Shown here: in pieces, positions 14,036 to 25,700 of the stretch
Position numbering within the stretch: the first letter of the stretch is position 1
Layout: each line of letters opens with the position of its first letter
Assembly (NCBI GenBank): GCA_051362555.1
Contig: CM120647.1
Span: forward strand, 13,120,651 to 13,184,650
DNA length: 64,000 nucleotides
Reading direction: 5' to 3'
Origin: Lingula anatina
Taxonomy: Eukaryota; Animalia; Brachiopoda
The notes under the pieces: model-generated
What the model saw: only the letters and a program-made list of their open reading frames with translations
Told to the model about the DNA's origin: nothing
Database searches by the model: none
Made by a program: the position numbers and the translations under genes

Positions 14036-14660
14036 CTAATTTCCTAATCTCGGTTAGCTCCCTTGACTTCGCATGCGTGCTGGTAGCCTCTTCCACAGGG
14101 TGCATCACCTCAAAGTACCTTGGAGAAGTGTTCTGAGGATCTTCGTACAGGAGACTCTGCAGGAAAGATGTTCCAGAGCGAGCAGGTCCGATAATGAATA
14201 TGGGTCTCTTGATCTGACACTGAAATGACTAAGAATAGTCTGATAGCGTATCGCATGTATCGCCCAAACTCAATATAGGGATGCATTTTACATGCTGAAG
14301 TATCAAAAAATAAAATTGAATTAATTCGAAGTTGTATTCAATTTTTATACATATGTATATGTGCATAGAATAAAAACCCATGGCCGCCTCAATATTACAC
14401 CTACATCTACATTATGTAAGAAGACTAAATGGTAACATATGTTCAGGTGTAAGGAAACTGAGGGTCCGTGTAACAAGAAGTCCGCCCTCCATATAGTTAT
14501 AATGGTTAGGGTTAGTCTGACCTAAGTGCGTCAAATCTAGGGCGAGCCTTTACTTTACAAATGAATGGGAAGCGGACTCTCTATCATGGGGGACTCTCTG
14601 TCATGTTACACAACCCAGGGAGTGAAGATAATAGTTTTTATTATTTTTCCAAAAAGTGCA

Positions 14661-14694
<34 letters not shown>

Positions 14695-15062
14695 TTAACC
14701 CTTCAGGTTGTAGACTGGTGAACACATACCTTCAAAACATCAACAGACGCCAGTCGTTTGGATAAAGCCAACCTATTTTGAAGAATTTCAGTCCATCGCG
14801 TTTCAACAATCATTCTGCCTGCCACAGTTAAATCTTCGTCTTCCCGATAACACTTGAGAAGTAAGCAAAATCCCTCGTGCCACCACCGGCGAGTGATGTC
14901 TTCCGACAGAATAACCCGTCGCTCCTCAACTGTGAATTTTCTCCACAGACTTTCCTCTGTGAGCGGAGTCAGTCGTCTCCTAAGCAGCACCCGACACAGC
15001 CAGTCCAATAATATGTGAAAGTATGGAAGACAGAACGCGTATAAATCTTGCAAACCTGGCAT
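12454..15062 (-). CDS. Sulfotransferase copy E, divergent and intact, ~428 aa; exons 15062-14730, 14219-14036, 13562-13326, 12986-12454
   Basis: Intron positions and phases match copy D (exon 2 = 184 nt, exon 4 = 533 nt), and the 1287-nt spliced frame is open. Motifs: IFIIGPARSGTSFLQ, GPYEC, PDARFISTYRDP, DVDYVDIV, KYGQHAYGL. Confidence 0.88.
13989..14033. repeat. (AAT)15 microsatellite next to the exon 2 donor of copy E
   Basis: Read directly from the sequence. Confidence 0.95.
14468..14611. mobile_element. Short MITE-like element in intron 1 of copy E
   Basis: Ends GTGTAACA / TGTTACAC, subterminal AGTCCGC / GCGGACT inverted pair, and an internal GGTTAGGGTTAG. Confidence 0.5.
14662..14692. 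repeat. Poly-G tract (31 nt)
   Basis: Read directly from the sequence. Confidence 0.9.
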
Positions 15063-15143
15063 ATTCACGTATCACGGTATTAAGGCTAAGGTTCGCGACT
15101 AGAACTCTAAAAACCTAAAAAAAGTTTTTATGACCGCATTGTA

Positions 15144-15333
15144 CTAGCTGGGTCGCTCCGACTCTGCGGGGATTCTCGCTATTTATTAAAGTGCAATCAG
15201 TGGAATCAGCTGAATAGTCTGACTGGTATCCTCGGGCAGCTTGGAGGTAATTAAATTCCGTGTGCTGATTAACCTGATTCCATTGATTGCATTTTAGCGA
15301 GAATTTCCAGCACAGTTGGTTCAACCCAGCTAG
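15144..15333. mobile_element. Hairpin/MITE-like inverted repeat just upstream of the copy E start codon
   Basis: CTAGCTGGGT..TTCTCGCTA..TGCAATCAGTGGAATCAG pairs with CTGATTCCATTGATTGCA..TAGCGAGAA..ACCCAGCTAG. Confidence 0.6.
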
Positions 15334-15550
15334 AGCGACGTGTGAATCTGAATGCGCCCAATGAGAGGTTTGAATTTCACAGTATTTTGTCTCTAACCCA
15401 CAGTCTTGGTTACTCAGGCGTATGGTGGTGATAGCGTCATTTTATGGCCTAAGCTGCACCTTTAATATTAACCTCTACAAAAATTAAACACGGGATATAA
15501 ACTTATTCTTGACCTTGATAACCGTATGATTTGAGATAGTTGGGCCTCTG

Positions 15551-15772
15551 CAGTGGCGGATATTGGAGGGGGGGGGTCTGAAAAATAAATTTCACTCTAG
15601 AAATTAGTATTTTGACTAGCTGAATCATACTTCTAAACCGGATCAATTGGCACTGTTCGCCCTCTAAAATTCCAAACAAAAAAAAAAAAAAAAAAAAGTG
15701 GGCACCGAACCCCACGCAGCCACTTATTCCTAAAAATTGGACCCCCTTCAGATAATCCTCGATCCGCCCCTG
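15551..15772. mobile_element. Non-autonomous DNA transposon (CAGGGGCGGAT-type MITE)
   Basis: Termini CAGTGGCGGAT ... ATCCGCCCCTG, with CTCTG repeated on both flanks. Confidence 0.6.
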
Positions 15773-18700
15773 CTCTGCGTCTGGTGTCCCAGATGATATG
15801 ATAACCGCATTAAGGTCTGCATGCCTGACCAGCTATTTCAAAGAGGTGAGGTGGGGTCTTTAATTTTTTCAGTGGAACATTTTATGGTGGTTTTAGCCTA
15901 CACCCTAAGTTGAACCAACTTTAGAAATTGCGCAAAGCCTAGATCAGATAAGGATTCAGAGCAAACTCTTTTGTGGCTTGGATAAGCCTTCTGTTAACTG
16001 TTCCGAATCTCCCTCGTCTTCGGTTGTCCTAATAAAATCTGGAGTCCCTTGGCTGTGTAGAATGATTGCATGCGTGGCCTCAGCATAAGAGGTAGATACT
16101 ATTAAGATGTGGTGATATTCACTCTTTCGGGTAGGTACATGTATGTATAGATAATGATGCTATGTTAAGATATTATATGTTGCCCATTAATTCACAATTT
16201 TAAATATTTGAAGAAGTGGAGAAAGTAATGAAACAACTGTGCATGCGTTACTCAGAGTTCACGCAGTAAGTTGCCGATCAAGCAATGAAAAATTAATTGT
16301 TACCATAACATTTATGTGGTGGAATGGAAAGCTCGCCAGTTCTTGAACATTTAAACGTCTTTTAATGATTCCCTCTTCTTAGGGGCTTGCTAAAACATCA
16401 AACTCCTCGTTAAAAAAAAAAAGTCAGCTCTTTAGGAATTCTCCGTGTCGGGTTCTCAGACACGGCTTCGTGTGCATAATGAACTTAAACGGTCATGCAA
16501 AACCTTGGTCGAGGACGAAAGACAAACCAATGTAAATAAAATAAATAAATATTTACACGGATCACGGTAACGTATATATCGGTAACGTATGTATCATTTT
16601 AACGTAACAAAGAAGAATGAGCGACGTATAAACATGCGTGCGCACATATACAACGTCACGCGCACACACAGAGTCTTGACAAAGGACAACAAACAATGAA
16701 ATCAAAAAATCATGAACTTTTAAAACGGTCATGAAAAACCTTGGTCGAGGACTGGGGTTGCCCGGGTTGAAATAGGCCACCCGGATTATCGATTGATATA
16801 GGAAACAAAACACATGTACATCCAAACTGGCCCTCTCCCTGACAAGCTAGAAAATTTCCATTTGATCCACCACTCACCAACGAAGCTTCTGTGGCTCCGT
16901 GGTAACTCCGTTGCCTTGTGCGTGAGTCTATCCTTGTCCGCTGGTTCGAGACCCAGCAAAATGACTCTAATATTTTTTTCCTCAAAGTAATCTGTAAAAT
17001 TTGCTTTTGATTACTATAAGGGGAAACTCGTACCTACTGAGGGTGGGCGGGTCAGTCACGGCGCAGTCGGTAGCGTTCTTGGATGCAAAAAACAATACAA
17101 AGCGTCACCAACCATGGTAACGAGAAGTCACGAGTTCGAATCCCGGATGAGGCACGTCAGTCCATCACGACAACGACCTTGCCCCCTGTTCGGGCAGTCA
17201 CCAGAACGTATGCGGGCTCTCGTGGGTCCTAGCAATTTACTTTTTGCACAATAAAACGATATACTTTAGAATAAGTGATGGATTTAAAAAGAACATAGTA
17301 GCATAAAGTCTGCGAGTCCATGCTTCTCGAGACGGTTCATATGTTCATTCAGTACCCGGGGCAACTCACAGTCAACAATGAAAGAGTAAAATCTACTCAA
17401 AACTGAAACCCCCAAGGTGTGAACAGCTGGGCACAAAACACTTCTGCCTTAAAGTGTTGTCCCACAAAACGAAAGACAAACCAATGTAAATAAAATAAAT
17501 AAATATTTACACGGATCACGGTAACGTATATATCGGTAACGTATGTATCATTTTAACGTAACAAAGAAGAATGAGCGACGTATAAACATGCGTGCGCACA
17601 TATACAACGTCAAAAGCACACACAGAGTCTTGACAAAGGACAACAAACATTGAAATCAAAAAATCATGAACTTAAACGGTCATGAAAAACCTTGGTCGAG
17701 GACTGGGGTTGCCCGGGTTGAAATAGGCCACCCGGATTATCGATTGAAATAGCAAAAATATACACATGTACATCCAAACTGGCCCTCTCCCTGACAAGCT
17801 AGAAAATTTCCATTTGATCCACCACTAACCAACGAAGCTTCTGTGGCTCCGTGGTAACTCCGTTGCCTTGTGCGTCAGTATATCCTTGTCCGCAGGTTCG
17901 AGACCCAGCAAAATGACTCTAGTATTTTTTTCCTCAAAGTAATCTGTAAAATTTGCTTTTGATTACTATAAGAGGAAACTCGTACCCTAGGAGGGTGGGC
18001 GGGTCAGTCACGGCGCAGTCGGTAGCGTGCTTGGATGCAAAAAACAATACAAAGCGTCACCAACCATGGTAACGAGAAGTCACGAGTTCGAATCCCGGAT
18101 GAGGCACGTCAGTCCATCACGACAACGACCTTGCCCCCTGTTCGGGCAGTCACCAGAACGAATGCGGGCTCTCGTGGGTCCTAGCAATTTACCTTTTGCA
18201 CAATAAAACGATATACTTGAGAATAAGTGATGGATTTAAAAAGAACATAGTAGCATAAAGGGTGCGTCGTCAATAATATGACATGGGAATGGTCATTGAT
18301 CTCTATCTTTTTCCAGCTACGTCACCGATCAAACTTGCATTGAGCTATTGCTAACCCCGTATAAAGCCTCGCCTGTCATACTGCAATTTCAGCAAAATGG
18401 GCTCTTTTCTCGGTGGGATTTTCAGAGGAAAAAAGTTTTATTTTTTACAAAAGTCGCCCCGCCGCTATTGCTTTTACCAGTTGTAAACTACGTTTGTCTT
18501 CTTATGCACCCCCTTCCTGTCTTGGGTCCATGCTTCTCGAGACGGTTCATATGTTCATTCAGTACCCGAGGCAACTCCACAGTCAACAATGAAAGAGTAA
18601 AATCTACTCAAAACTGAAACCGCCAAGGTGTGAACAGCTGTGGATCTCATCGCGCTCTTTAACGTCAAAGGTGAAACCACACGTTATCTCACTGCAAAAT

Positions 18701-20991
18701 AAAATGAAACTAAAAACATCTGAACTCATCTTACTAGGAACATTTCCAGCGGATAAGCAATGAAACCGATCGACCTTGTATTGATTCAGTAGCTTCAGGT
18801 ATAACAGCACGTCATACCACCAACCGATCGACCTTGAAATGATTCAGTAGCTTCAGGTATAACAAACAACACGTCATACCACCTGTTAACCGCGTTCACC
18901 CGAAAAAAATTTCTTCTGGGCGGAATAATTTGCCAAATATGTTTTACTCGAAATTGGCATCGACGCAATTGCTTGAATGGAAAACATTCCAGTTTTCTGC
19001 ACATTTGAACGTTTTAATTACAATATACGCTTATTATCCGTTTTGTGAGCAAACGCAGAACATAACAATAAAATGAAAAAGCAGGGCAAGTAAAGATTCC
19101 TTGTCTTGAAAAAGTTTGTTGAAATTGTTTATATAATGGATAGGTCTACGTTATCAATAAATACGTTACCAAAAAACGTGAAGGTATTGTTTTCTGTTTT
19201 CATTCTTTGTTGTTCTTTGGTGCGACACTGTGGATGCGTGCGACGTTGTACATGTGCGCACGCATGTATATACGTCGCTCATTCTTCTTTGTTACGTTAT
19301 TATGATACATACGTTACCATGAAGCGTGTAAATATACATTTATTCTATTTACATTGGTTGTCTTTTGTTTTGTGGGCACAAAACACTTCTGCCTTAAAGT
19401 GTTGTCCCACAAAACGAAAGACAAACCAATGTAAATAAAATAAATAAATATTTACACGGATCACGGTAACGTATATACCGGTAACGTATGTATCATTTTA
19501 ACGTAACAAAGAAGAATGAGCGACGTATAAACATGCGTGCGCACATATACAACGTCACACGCACACACAGAGTCTTGACAAAGGACAACAAACAATGAAA
19601 TCAAAAAATCATGAACTTAAACGGTCATGAAAAACCTTGGTCGAGGACTGGGGTTGCCCGGGTTGAAATAGGCCACCCGGATTATCGATTGAAATAGCAA
19701 AAATATACACATGTACATCCAAACTGGCCCTCTCCCTGACAAGCTAGAAAATTTCCATTTGATCCACCACTAACCAACGAAGCTTCTGTGGCTCCGTGGT
19801 AACTCCGTTGCCTTGTGCGTCAGTATATCCTTGTCCGCAGGTCCGAGACCCAGCAAAATGACTCTAATATTTTTTTCCTCAAAGTAATCTGTAAAATTTG
19901 CTTTTGATTACTATAAGAGGAAACTCGTACCCTAGGAGGGTGGGCGGGTCAGTCACGGCGCAGTCGGTAGCGTGCTTGGATGCAAAAAACAATACAAAGC
20001 GTCACCAACCATGGTAACGAGAAGTCACGAGTTCGAATCCCGGATGAGGCACGTCAGTCCATCACGACAACGACCTTGCCCCCTGTTCGGGCAGTCACCA
20101 GAACGAATGCGGGCTCTCGTGGGTCCTAGCAATTTACCTTTTGCACAATAAAACGATATACTTGAGAATAAGTGATGGATTTAAAAAGAACATAGTAGCA
20201 TAAAGTCTGCGTCGTAAATAATATGACATGGGAATGGTCATTGATCTCTATCTTTTTCCAGCTACGTCACCGATCAAACTTGCATTGAGCTATTGCTAAC
20301 CCCGTATAGAGCCTCGCCTGTCATACTGCAATTTCAGCAAAATGGGCTCTTTTCTCGGTGGGATTTTCAGAGGAAAAAAGTTTTATTTTTTACAAAAGTC
20401 GCCCCGCCGCTATTGCTTTTACCAGTTGTAAACTACGTTTGTCTTCTTATGCACCCCCTTCCTATCTTGGGTCCATGCTTCTCGAGACGGTTCATATGTT
20501 CATTCAGTACCCGGGGCAACTCACAGTCAACAATGAAAGAGTAAAATCTACTCAAAACTGAAACCCCCAAGGTGTGAACAGCTGGGCACAAAACACTTCT
20601 GCCTTAAAGTGTTGTCCCACAAAACGAAAGACAAACCAATGTAAGTAAAATAAATAAATATTTACACGGATCACGGTAACGTATATATCGGTAACGTATG
20701 TATCATTTTAACGTAACAAAGAAGAATGAGCGACGTATAAACATGCGTGCGCACATATACAACGTCACGCGCACACACAGAGTCTTGACAAAGGACAACA
20801 AACAATGAAATCAAAAAATCATGAACTTAAACGGTCATGAAAAACCTTGGTCGAGGACTGGGGTTGCCCGGGTTGAAATAGGGCACCCGGATTATCGATT
20901 GAAATAGCAAATATATACACATGTACATCCAAACTGGCCCTCTCCCTGACAAGCTAGAAAATTTCCATTTGATCCATCACTCAGCAACGAA

Positions 20992-21086
20992 GCTTCTGTG
21001 GCTCCGTGGTAACTCCGTTGCCTTGTGCGTGAGTGTATCCTTGTCCGCTGGTTCGAGACCCAGCAAAATGACTCTGATATTTTTTT
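20992..21086 (+). ncRNA. Pol III module 1: vault-RNA-like candidate (representative copy; 21 full copies)
   Basis: A-box-like TGGCTCCGTGGTAACTCCG, B-box GGTTCGAGACCC, then 18 nt, then a T7 terminator. Other starts: 16885, 17837, 19782 (B-box mutated), 22957, 24914, 26880, 28846, 30812, 32778, 34744, 36710, 38676, 40641, 43539, 45102, 47068, 49024, 51913, 55743, 57709. Four more copies are truncated inside the B-box. Confidence 0.4.
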
Positions 21087-21157
21087 CCTAAAAGTAATCT
21101 GTAAAATTTGCTTTTGATTACTATAAGAGTAAACTCGTACCTACGGAGGGTGGGCGG

Positions 21158-21353
21158 GTCAGTCACGGCGCAGTCGGTAGCGTGCTTGGATGCAAAAAAA
21201 CAATACAAAGCGTCACCAACCATGGTAACGAGAAGTCACGAGTTCGAATCCCGGATGAGGCACGTCAGTCCGTCACGACAACGACCTTGCCCCCTGTTCG
21301 GGCAGTAACCAGAACGAATGCGGGCTCTCGTGGGTCCTAGCAATTTACCTTTT
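21158..21353 (+). ncRNA. Pol III module 2: tRNA-derived/SINE-like RNA (representative copy; 21 copies)
   Basis: D-arm/A-box CGGCGCAGTCGGTAGCG, B-box GAGTTCGAATCCC, head ending ATGAGGCA at 21262, TATAA ~36 nt upstream, and the first T4 at ~21350. Other starts: 17051, 18003, 19948, 23123, 25080, 27046, 29012, 30978, 32944, 34910, 36876, 38842, 40807, 43705, 45268, 47234, 49190, 52079, 55909, 57875. Confidence 0.55.
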
Positions 21354-21918
21354 GCACAATAAAACGATATACTTGAGAATAAGTGATGGATTTAAAAAGA
21401 ACATAGTAGCATAAAGTCTGCGTCGTCAATAATATGACATGGGAATGGTCATTGATCTCTATCTTTTTCCAGCTACGTCACCGATCAAACTTGCATTGAG
21501 CTATTGCTAACCGCGTATAGAGCCTCGCCTGTCATACTGCAATTTCAGCAAAATGGGCTCTTTTCTCGGTGGGATTTTCAGAGGAAAAAAGTTTTATTTT
21601 TTACAAAAGTCGCCCCGCCGCTATTGCTTTTACCAGTTGTAAACTACGTTTGTCTTCTTATGCACCCCCTTCCTATCTTGGGTCCATGCTTCTCGAGACG
21701 GTTCATATGTTCATTCAGTACCCGAGGCAACTCCACAGCCAACAATGAATAGTAAAATCTACTCAAAACTGAAACCGCCAAGGTGTGAACAGCTGTGGAT
21801 CTCATCGCGCTCTTTAACGTCAAAGGTGAAACCACACGTTATCTCATTGCAAAATAAAATGAAACTAAAAACATCTGAACTCATCTTACTAGGAACATTT
21901 CCAGCGGATAAGCAATGA

Positions 21919-22038
21919 AACCGATCGACCTTGTATTGATTCAGTAGCTTCAGGTATAACAGCACGTCATACCACCAACCGATCGACCTTGAATTGATTC
22001 AGTAGCTTCAGGTATAACAAACAACACGTCATACCACC
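21919..22038. repeat. 58/62-bp tandem duplication inside each full macrosatellite unit (representative copy)
   Basis: AACCGATCGACCTTG(T/A)ATTGATTCAGTAGCTTCAGGTATAACA...CACGTCATACCACC occurs twice, head to tail. Confidence 0.9.
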
Positions 22039-22361
22039 TGTTAACCGCGTTCACCCGAAAAAAAATTTCTTCTGGGCAGAATTATTTGCCAAATATGTTT
22101 TACTCGAAATTCGCATCGACGCAATTGCTTGAATGGAAAACACACCAGTTTTCTGCACATTTGAACGTTTTAATTACAATATACGCTTATTATCCGTTTT
22201 GTGAGCAAACGCATTTTTCTTACGGTATAGAACATAACAATAAAATGAAAAAGCAGGGCAAGTTAAGATTACTTGTCTTGAAAAAGTTTGTTGTAATTGT
22301 TTATATAATGGATAGGTCTACGTTATCAATAAATACGTTACCAAAAAACGTGAAGGTATTG

Positions 22362-22780
22362 TTTTCTGTTTTCATTCTTTGTTGTCCTTTGGTGCGACAC
22401 TGTGGATGCGTGCGACGTTGTACATGTGCGCACGCATGTATATACGTCGCTCATCCTTCTTTGTTACGTTATTATGATACATACGTTACCATGAAGCGTG
22501 TAAATATACATTTATTCTATTTACATTGGTTGTCTTTTGTTTTGTGGGCACAAAACACTTCTGCCTTAAAGTGTTGGCCCACAAAACGAAAGACAAACCA
22601 CTGTAAATAAAATAAATAAATATTTACACGGATCACGGTAACGTATATATCGGTAACGTATGTATCATTTTAACGTAACAAAGAAGAATGAGTGACGTAT
22701 AAACATGCGTGCGCACATATACAACGTCACGCGCACACACAGAGTCTTGACAAAGGACAACAAACAATGAAATCAAAAAA
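22362..22780. repeat. ~420-bp imperfect palindrome (foldback) inside the macrosatellite unit (representative copy; 22 complete copies in the array)
   Basis: Arms of ~200 bp are centred on GTGGGC-ACAAAACACTT-ctgcctt-AAAGTGTT-GGCCCAC. For example, GACGTTGTACATGTGCGCACGCATGTATATACGTCGCTCAT pairs with ATGAG(C/T)GACGTATAAACATGCGTGCGCACATATACAACGTC. Confidence 0.92.
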
Positions 22781-25700
22781 TCATGAACTTTTAAAACGGT
22801 CATGAAAAACCTTGGTCGAGGACTGGGGTTGCCCGGGTTGAAATAGGGCACCCGGATTATCGATTGAAATAGCAAATATATACACATGTACATCCAAACT
22901 GGCCCTCTCCCTGACAAGCTAGAAAATTTCCATTTGATCCATCACTCAGCAACGAAGCTTCTGTGGCTCCGTGGTAACTCCGTTGCCTTGTGCGTGAGTG
23001 TATCCTTGTCCGCTGGTTCGAGACCCAGCAAAATGACTCTGATATTTTTTTCCTAAAAGTAATCTGTAAAATTTGCTTTTGATTACTATAAGAGGAAACT
23101 CGTACCTACGGAGGGTGGGCGGGTCAGTCACGGCGCAGTCGGTAGCGTGCTTGGATGCAAAAAAACAATACAAAGCGTCACCAACCATGGTAACGAGAAG
23201 TCACGAGTTCGAATCCCGGATGAGGCACGTCAGTCCGTCACGACAACGACCTTGCCCCCTGTTCGGGCAGTAACCAGAACGAATGCGGGCTCTCGTGGGT
23301 CCTAGCAATTTACCTTTTGCACAATAAAACGATATACTTGAGAATAAGTGATGGATTTAAAAAGAACATAGTAGCATAAAGTCTGCGTCGTCAATAATAT
23401 GACATGGGAATGGTCATTGATCTCTATCTTTTTCCAGCTACGTCACCGATCAAACTTGCATTGAGCTATTGCTAACCGCGTATAGAGCCTCGCCTGTCAT
23501 ACTGCAATTTCAGCAAAATGGGCTCTTTTCTCGGTGGGATTTTCAGAGGAAAAAAGTTTTATTTTTTACAAAAGTCGCCCCGCCGCTATTGCTTTTACCA
23601 GTTGTAAACTACGTTTGTCTTCTTATGCACCCCCTTCCTATCTTGGGTCCATGCTTCTCGAGACGGTTCATATGTTCATTCAGTACCCGAGGCAACTCCA
23701 CAGTCAACAATGAAAGAGTAAAATCTACTCAAAACTGAAACCGCCAAGGTGTGAACAGCTGTGGATCTCATCGCGCTCTTTAACGTCAAAGGTGAAACCA
23801 CACGTTATCTCATTGCAAAATAAAATGAAACTAAAAACATCTGAACTCATCTTACTAGGAACATTTCCAGCGGATAAGCAATGAAACCGATCGACCTTGT
23901 ATTGATTCAGTAGCTTCAGGTATAACAGCACGTCATACCACCAACCGATCGACCTTGAATTGATTCAGTAGCTTCAGGTATAACAAACAACACGTCATAC
24001 CACCTGTTAACCGCGTTCACCCGAAAAAAAATTTCTTCTGGGCAGAATTATTTGCCAAATATGTTTTACTCGAAATTCGCATCGACGCAATTGCTTGAAT
24101 GGAAAACACACCAGTTTTCTGCACATTTGAACGTTTTAATTACAATATACGCTTATTATCCGTTTTGTGAGCAAACGCATTTTTCTTACGGTATAGAACA
24201 TAACAATAAAATGAAAAAGCAGGGCAAGTAAAGATTGAAAAAGTTTGTTGTAATTGTTTATATAATGGATAGGTCTACGTTATCAATAAATACGTTACCA
24301 AAAAACGTGAAGGTATTGTTTTCTGTTTTCATTCTTTGTTGTCCTTTGGTGCGACACTGTGGATGCGTGCGACGTTGTACATGTGCGCACGCATGTATAT
24401 ACGTCGCTCATCCTTCTTTGTTACGTTATTATGATACATACGTTACCATGAAGCGTGTAAATATACATTTATTCTATTTACATTGGTTGTCTTTTGTTTT
24501 GTGGGCACAAAACACTTCTGCCTTAAAGTGTTGGCCCACAAAACGAAAGACAAACCACTGTAAATAAAATAAATAAATATTTACACGGATCACGGTAACG
24601 TATATATCGGTAACGTATGTATCATTTTAACGTAACAAAGAAGAATGAGCGACGTATAAACATGCGTGCGCACATATACAACGTCACGCGCACACACAGA
24701 GTCTTGACAAAGGACAACAAACAATGAAATCAAAAAATCATGAACTTTTAAAACGGTCATGAAAAACCTTGGTCGAGGACTGGGGTTGCCCGGGTTGAAA
24801 TAGGGCACCCGGATTATCGATTGAAATAGCAAATATATACACATGTACATCCAAACTGGCCCTCTCCCTGACAAGCTAGAAAATTTCCATTTGATCCATC
24901 ACTCAGCAACGAAGCTTCTGTGGCTCCGTGGTAACTCCGTTGCCTTGTGCGTGAGTGTATCCTTGTCCGCTGGTTCGAGACCCAGCAAAATGACTCTGAT
25001 ATTTTTTTCCTAAAAGTAATCTGTAAAATTTGCTTTTGATTACTATAAGAAGAAACTCGTACCTACGGAGGGTGGGCGGGTCAGTCACGGCGCAGTCGGT
25101 AGCGTGCTTGGATGCAAAAAAACAATACAAAGCGTCACCAACCATGGTAACGAGAAGTCACGAGTTCGAATCCCGGATGAGGCACGTCAGTCCGTCACGA
25201 CAACGACCTTGCCCCCTGTTCGGGCAGTAACCAGAACGAATGCGGGCTCTCGTGGGTCCTAGCAATTTACCTTTTGCACAATAAAACGATATACTTGAGA
25301 ATAAGTGATGGATTTAAAAAGAACATAGTAGCATAAAGTCTGCGTCGTCAATAATATGACATGGGAATGGTCATTGATCTCTATCTTTTTCCAGCTACGT
25401 CACCGATCAAACTTGCATTGAGCTATTGCTAACCGCGTATAGAGCCTCGCCTGTCATACTGCAATTTCAGCAAAATGGGCTCTTTTCTCGGTGGGATTTT
25501 CAGAGGAAAAAAGTTTTATTTTTTACAAAAGTCGCCCCGCCGCTATTGCTTTTACCAGTTGTAAACTACGTTTGTCTTCTTATGCACCCCCTTCCTATCT
25601 TGGGTCCATGCTTCTCGAGACGGTTCATATGTTCATTCAGTACCCGAGGCAACTCCACAGTCAACAATGAAAGAGTAAAATCTACTCAAAACTGAAACCG

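Noticed and set aside
13800-14136. Poly-Ile ORFs (and similarly the poly-Gly, poly-Phe and IY-repeat ORFs elsewhere)
   Set aside because: They are read-through translations of (AAT)n, poly-G, poly-A and (TA)n tracts.
14504-14516. Interstitial telomere repeat GGTTAGGGTTAG
   Set aside because: Only two units, lying inside a MITE-like element.
21158-21262. Functional intron-containing tRNA-Cys(GCA)
   Set aside because: The acceptor stem does not pair, the T-stem has two mismatches, position 8 is C and position 32 is A. It is better treated as tRNA-derived.
21250-21345. Hammerhead or HDV-like ribozyme in the module 2 tail
   Set aside because: There is no CUGANGA...GAAA core and I could not build the nested HDV pseudoknot pairings.
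21553-21642. Short cationic peptide ORF MGSFLGGIFRGKKFYFLQKSPRRYCFYQL (antimicrobial- or myristoylation-like)
   Set aside because: It is only 29 codons with no signal peptide or gene context, and is expected by chance.
21919-22038. CRISPR-like repeat
   Set aside because: Only two abutting copies per unit, no unique spacers, no cas genes, and a eukaryotic context.
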